Source of the DNA: an uncultured Chloroflexia bacterium | GTDB taxonomy: Bacteria; Chloroflexota; Limnocylindria; Limnocylindrales; CSP1-4 | NCBI GenBank assembly: GCA_963732805.1 | Contig: CAVTAW010000002.1 | Span: 446,444-510,443 of the forward strand | Direction of reading: 5' to 3' | DNA: 64,000 bases | In this document: positions 62,376-64,000 of the stretch, in pieces | How positions within the stretch are numbered: position 1 is the stretch's first letter | Layout: each line of letters begins with the position of its first letter | Notes under the pieces: model-generated | What the model saw: only the letters and a program-made list of their open reading frames with translations | What the model was told of the DNA's origin: nothing | Databases searched by the model: none | Made by a program: the position numbers and the translations under genes

Positions 62376-64000
62376 TCAGGCTCCGAAGGCGAGGGCGACC
62401 GCCTCCGATGGGGAAAGGGCGCGCCCCGCTTGCCAGGCCGCCTCGAACGTGGGCGGCGTCATGGCGGCCCGCAGCCGCTCCAGGTATGCGGCGTTCTCGG
62501 GCTCCTCGTCGAAGGCCATGCGGGCTTGCGCCACGTCCCTCATGGCGTCGGCGGCACCCAGGAGCCGGGCAGCGCGATCGGGGTCCTCGCGGTCTGCGAC
62601 GAGGTACGCGACGTTCTCGAGCTGGTTCGCGACGGCTCCCTTGTGCCCCAGGTGCATCCAGCCGCCGATCGTCTCGCGGTACACGGCGAGCGCCTCGTCG
62701 AGCCGGCCACCGCGGCGCAGCGCATGCGCCATGTCGCTGCGTGCGGCCAGGGCGAGCCGCACGTCGCCGAGCTCCATGAACCCCTGGATGGCCACCTCGA
62801 ACGCGGCGACCGCCGCCGCCGTCCTTCCCTGCCGACCCAGCAGCCGGCCCTGGGCGATCGACACCGCGGCGACGGCGTACGGGCTCCCGGATCGCCGGGC
62901 CCCCGCGACGCCACGCTCGACAGCTGCCGCGCCTGCTTCGGGGTCGAAAGCGCTCAGGCTGGCGCCGGCGAACCCCGACGCCATGGCATGGATCCACCAT
63001 TGGCCGCTCTGTTCCGCCAGGTCCGCCGCCTCCTCGAACAGCGGGGCGCACATCAGTTCCGAGCGGACCGGCCCGGCCGGTGAAGACGGTCGCGATCGAC
63101 AGGCCACCCAGGGCATACAGCCGCGCGGTGGGATCCCCGCACGCGTCGGCGATGGCGATGGCGTCCTCGGCCCACGGGAGCGCGACGGCGCCGCGCCCGG
63201 ACATCGCCCACAGCCGCGCAGCCTCGCCCAGCAGCTTCGCCGCGAGGACCTGGTCAGCCGGATCGGCGTCGGGGTTGCCCGCAATTCGTGACCTGGCGAT
63301 CTCGACCGCCGCAACAATTCGGGCGTCGTTGTCCTCGGACATGACCCGCACGGCAAGGTAGCCGAGCAGCGCCGTCGCCAACCTGACTGCCGTCCAGGGT
63401 TCGGCCTCGAGGCCCCATTCGAGGGCCGCGCCGAGGTTGTCGAGCTCCGCGTCGAGGCGGTCCAGCCAGTCGACGATCGCCGGGCCTCGCAACGGCTCCT
63501 CGGCCTCGGCCGCGAGGGCGGCATAGACGGCAAGATGGCGGTCCGAGAGCGCCGTCGCCTCCCCGGCCGCGATCAGCTTCTCGCGGGCGTACTGGCGGAT
63601 CGTCTCGAGCATCCGGTAGCGCGTGCTCGTGCCCCGGTCCGCGATGAGCAGCGAGCGGTCGACGAGCCGCGTGAGGCCGTCGACCAGGTCCGCCGGGTCC
63701 AGCTCTTCAGGGCCATGCGCCGACAATCCGCGCCGCCATCGGCACCGTCCAGCCGCCCGTGAACACGGACAGCCGCCGGAGCAGGCGACGGTCCTCCTCG
63801 GTGAGCAGGTCCCAGCTCCAGTCGATGAGGGCATGGAGCGTCTGCTGGCGCGGGACGGCCGTCCGCCTGCCGCCGGCGAGCAGGCGGAACCGGTCCCCGA
63901 GCCGCATCGCGATGTCGTCCGGTGACATCGCCGAGACCCGCGCCGCCGCAAGCTCGATCGCAAGCGGGATGCCGTCCAGGCGGCGGCAGATCTCGACCAC
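62376..64000 (-). pseudogene. large NB-ARC/TPR-type regulator (5' end outside window) split over three frames
   Basis: Frame 1 (ORF 63707..64000): LDGIPLAIELAAARV...RQQTLHALIDWSWDLL...RRLSVFTGGWTV. Frame 2 (within ORF 62185..63963): EELDPADLVDGLTRLVDRSLLIADRGTSTRYRMLETIRQYAREKL...LYALGGLSIATVFTG. Frame 3 (ORF 62376..63533): VRSELMCAPLFEEAADLAEQSG...FEAAWQAGRALSPSEAVALAFGA. The junctions are near 63718-63724 and 63066-63082. Confidence 0.7.

Noticed and set aside
1-64000. Looked for mobile-element hallmarks (transposase, integrase, phage structural genes, terminal inverted repeats) that could explain the gene fragments
   Set aside because: None of the tracked ORFs shows DDE/tyrosine-recombinase/serine-recombinase or phage motifs. 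The fragments are better explained by local recombination and deletion.

Overview
This is a 64-kb, visibly high-GC window (not computed) with the gene content and signal style of an Actinomycetota chromosome: NiSOD, an F420/DDN-type reductase, LAL-type LuxR regulators, apparent leaderless mRNAs and many ATGA/GTGA start-stop overlaps. I can support about 65 protein-coding loci. I see no rRNA, tRNA, CRISPR array, transposase, integrase or prophage genes.

Gene content:
- Regulators: three TetR genes plus one TetR fragment, three large ATP-binding regulators (two end in a LuxR HTH; the third is frame-broken and its N-terminus lies outside the window), one membrane LuxR-HTH protein, one MarR and one XRE.
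- Transporters: four ABC systems, MFS, SulP, ACR3 and CorA.
- Stress genes: sodN, csbD-like and glsB-like.
- DNA repair: two diverged YcaQ-like interstrand-crosslink glycosylase paralogs.
- Other: three DUF4386 membrane-protein paralogs, a Phd/PIN (VapBC-type) toxin-antitoxin pair, and a cell-envelope cluster (glucosaminidase, Lnt-like acyltransferase, BNR/sialidase-like protein).

Most notable signals:
1. The region is a patchwork of gene remnants: an orphan TetR 3' fragment that forms a 226-bp direct repeat with the intact gene 13.4 kb away, an ABC ATPase C-terminal domain on its own, a 50-bp DUF3267 fragment, a decayed GT4 gene, and a 33-codon paralogous remnant present twice.
2. At least five single-base reading-frame breaks occur in otherwise clear genes. 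These are either true pseudogenes or assembly indels.
3. A Cys-rich DUF2180-like mini-protein is translationally coupled to acr3, with no ArsR or ArsC nearby.
4. DUF4386 modules recur next to LuxR-type regulators.
5. Three regulator genes have clear palindromic operators overlapping apparent leaderless promoters.

I found no clear new multi-gene system. The best candidates for undescribed biology are listed as findings.

All family calls rest on motif recognition by eye; no searches were run. Start codons are inferred from SD spacing and gene overlaps.
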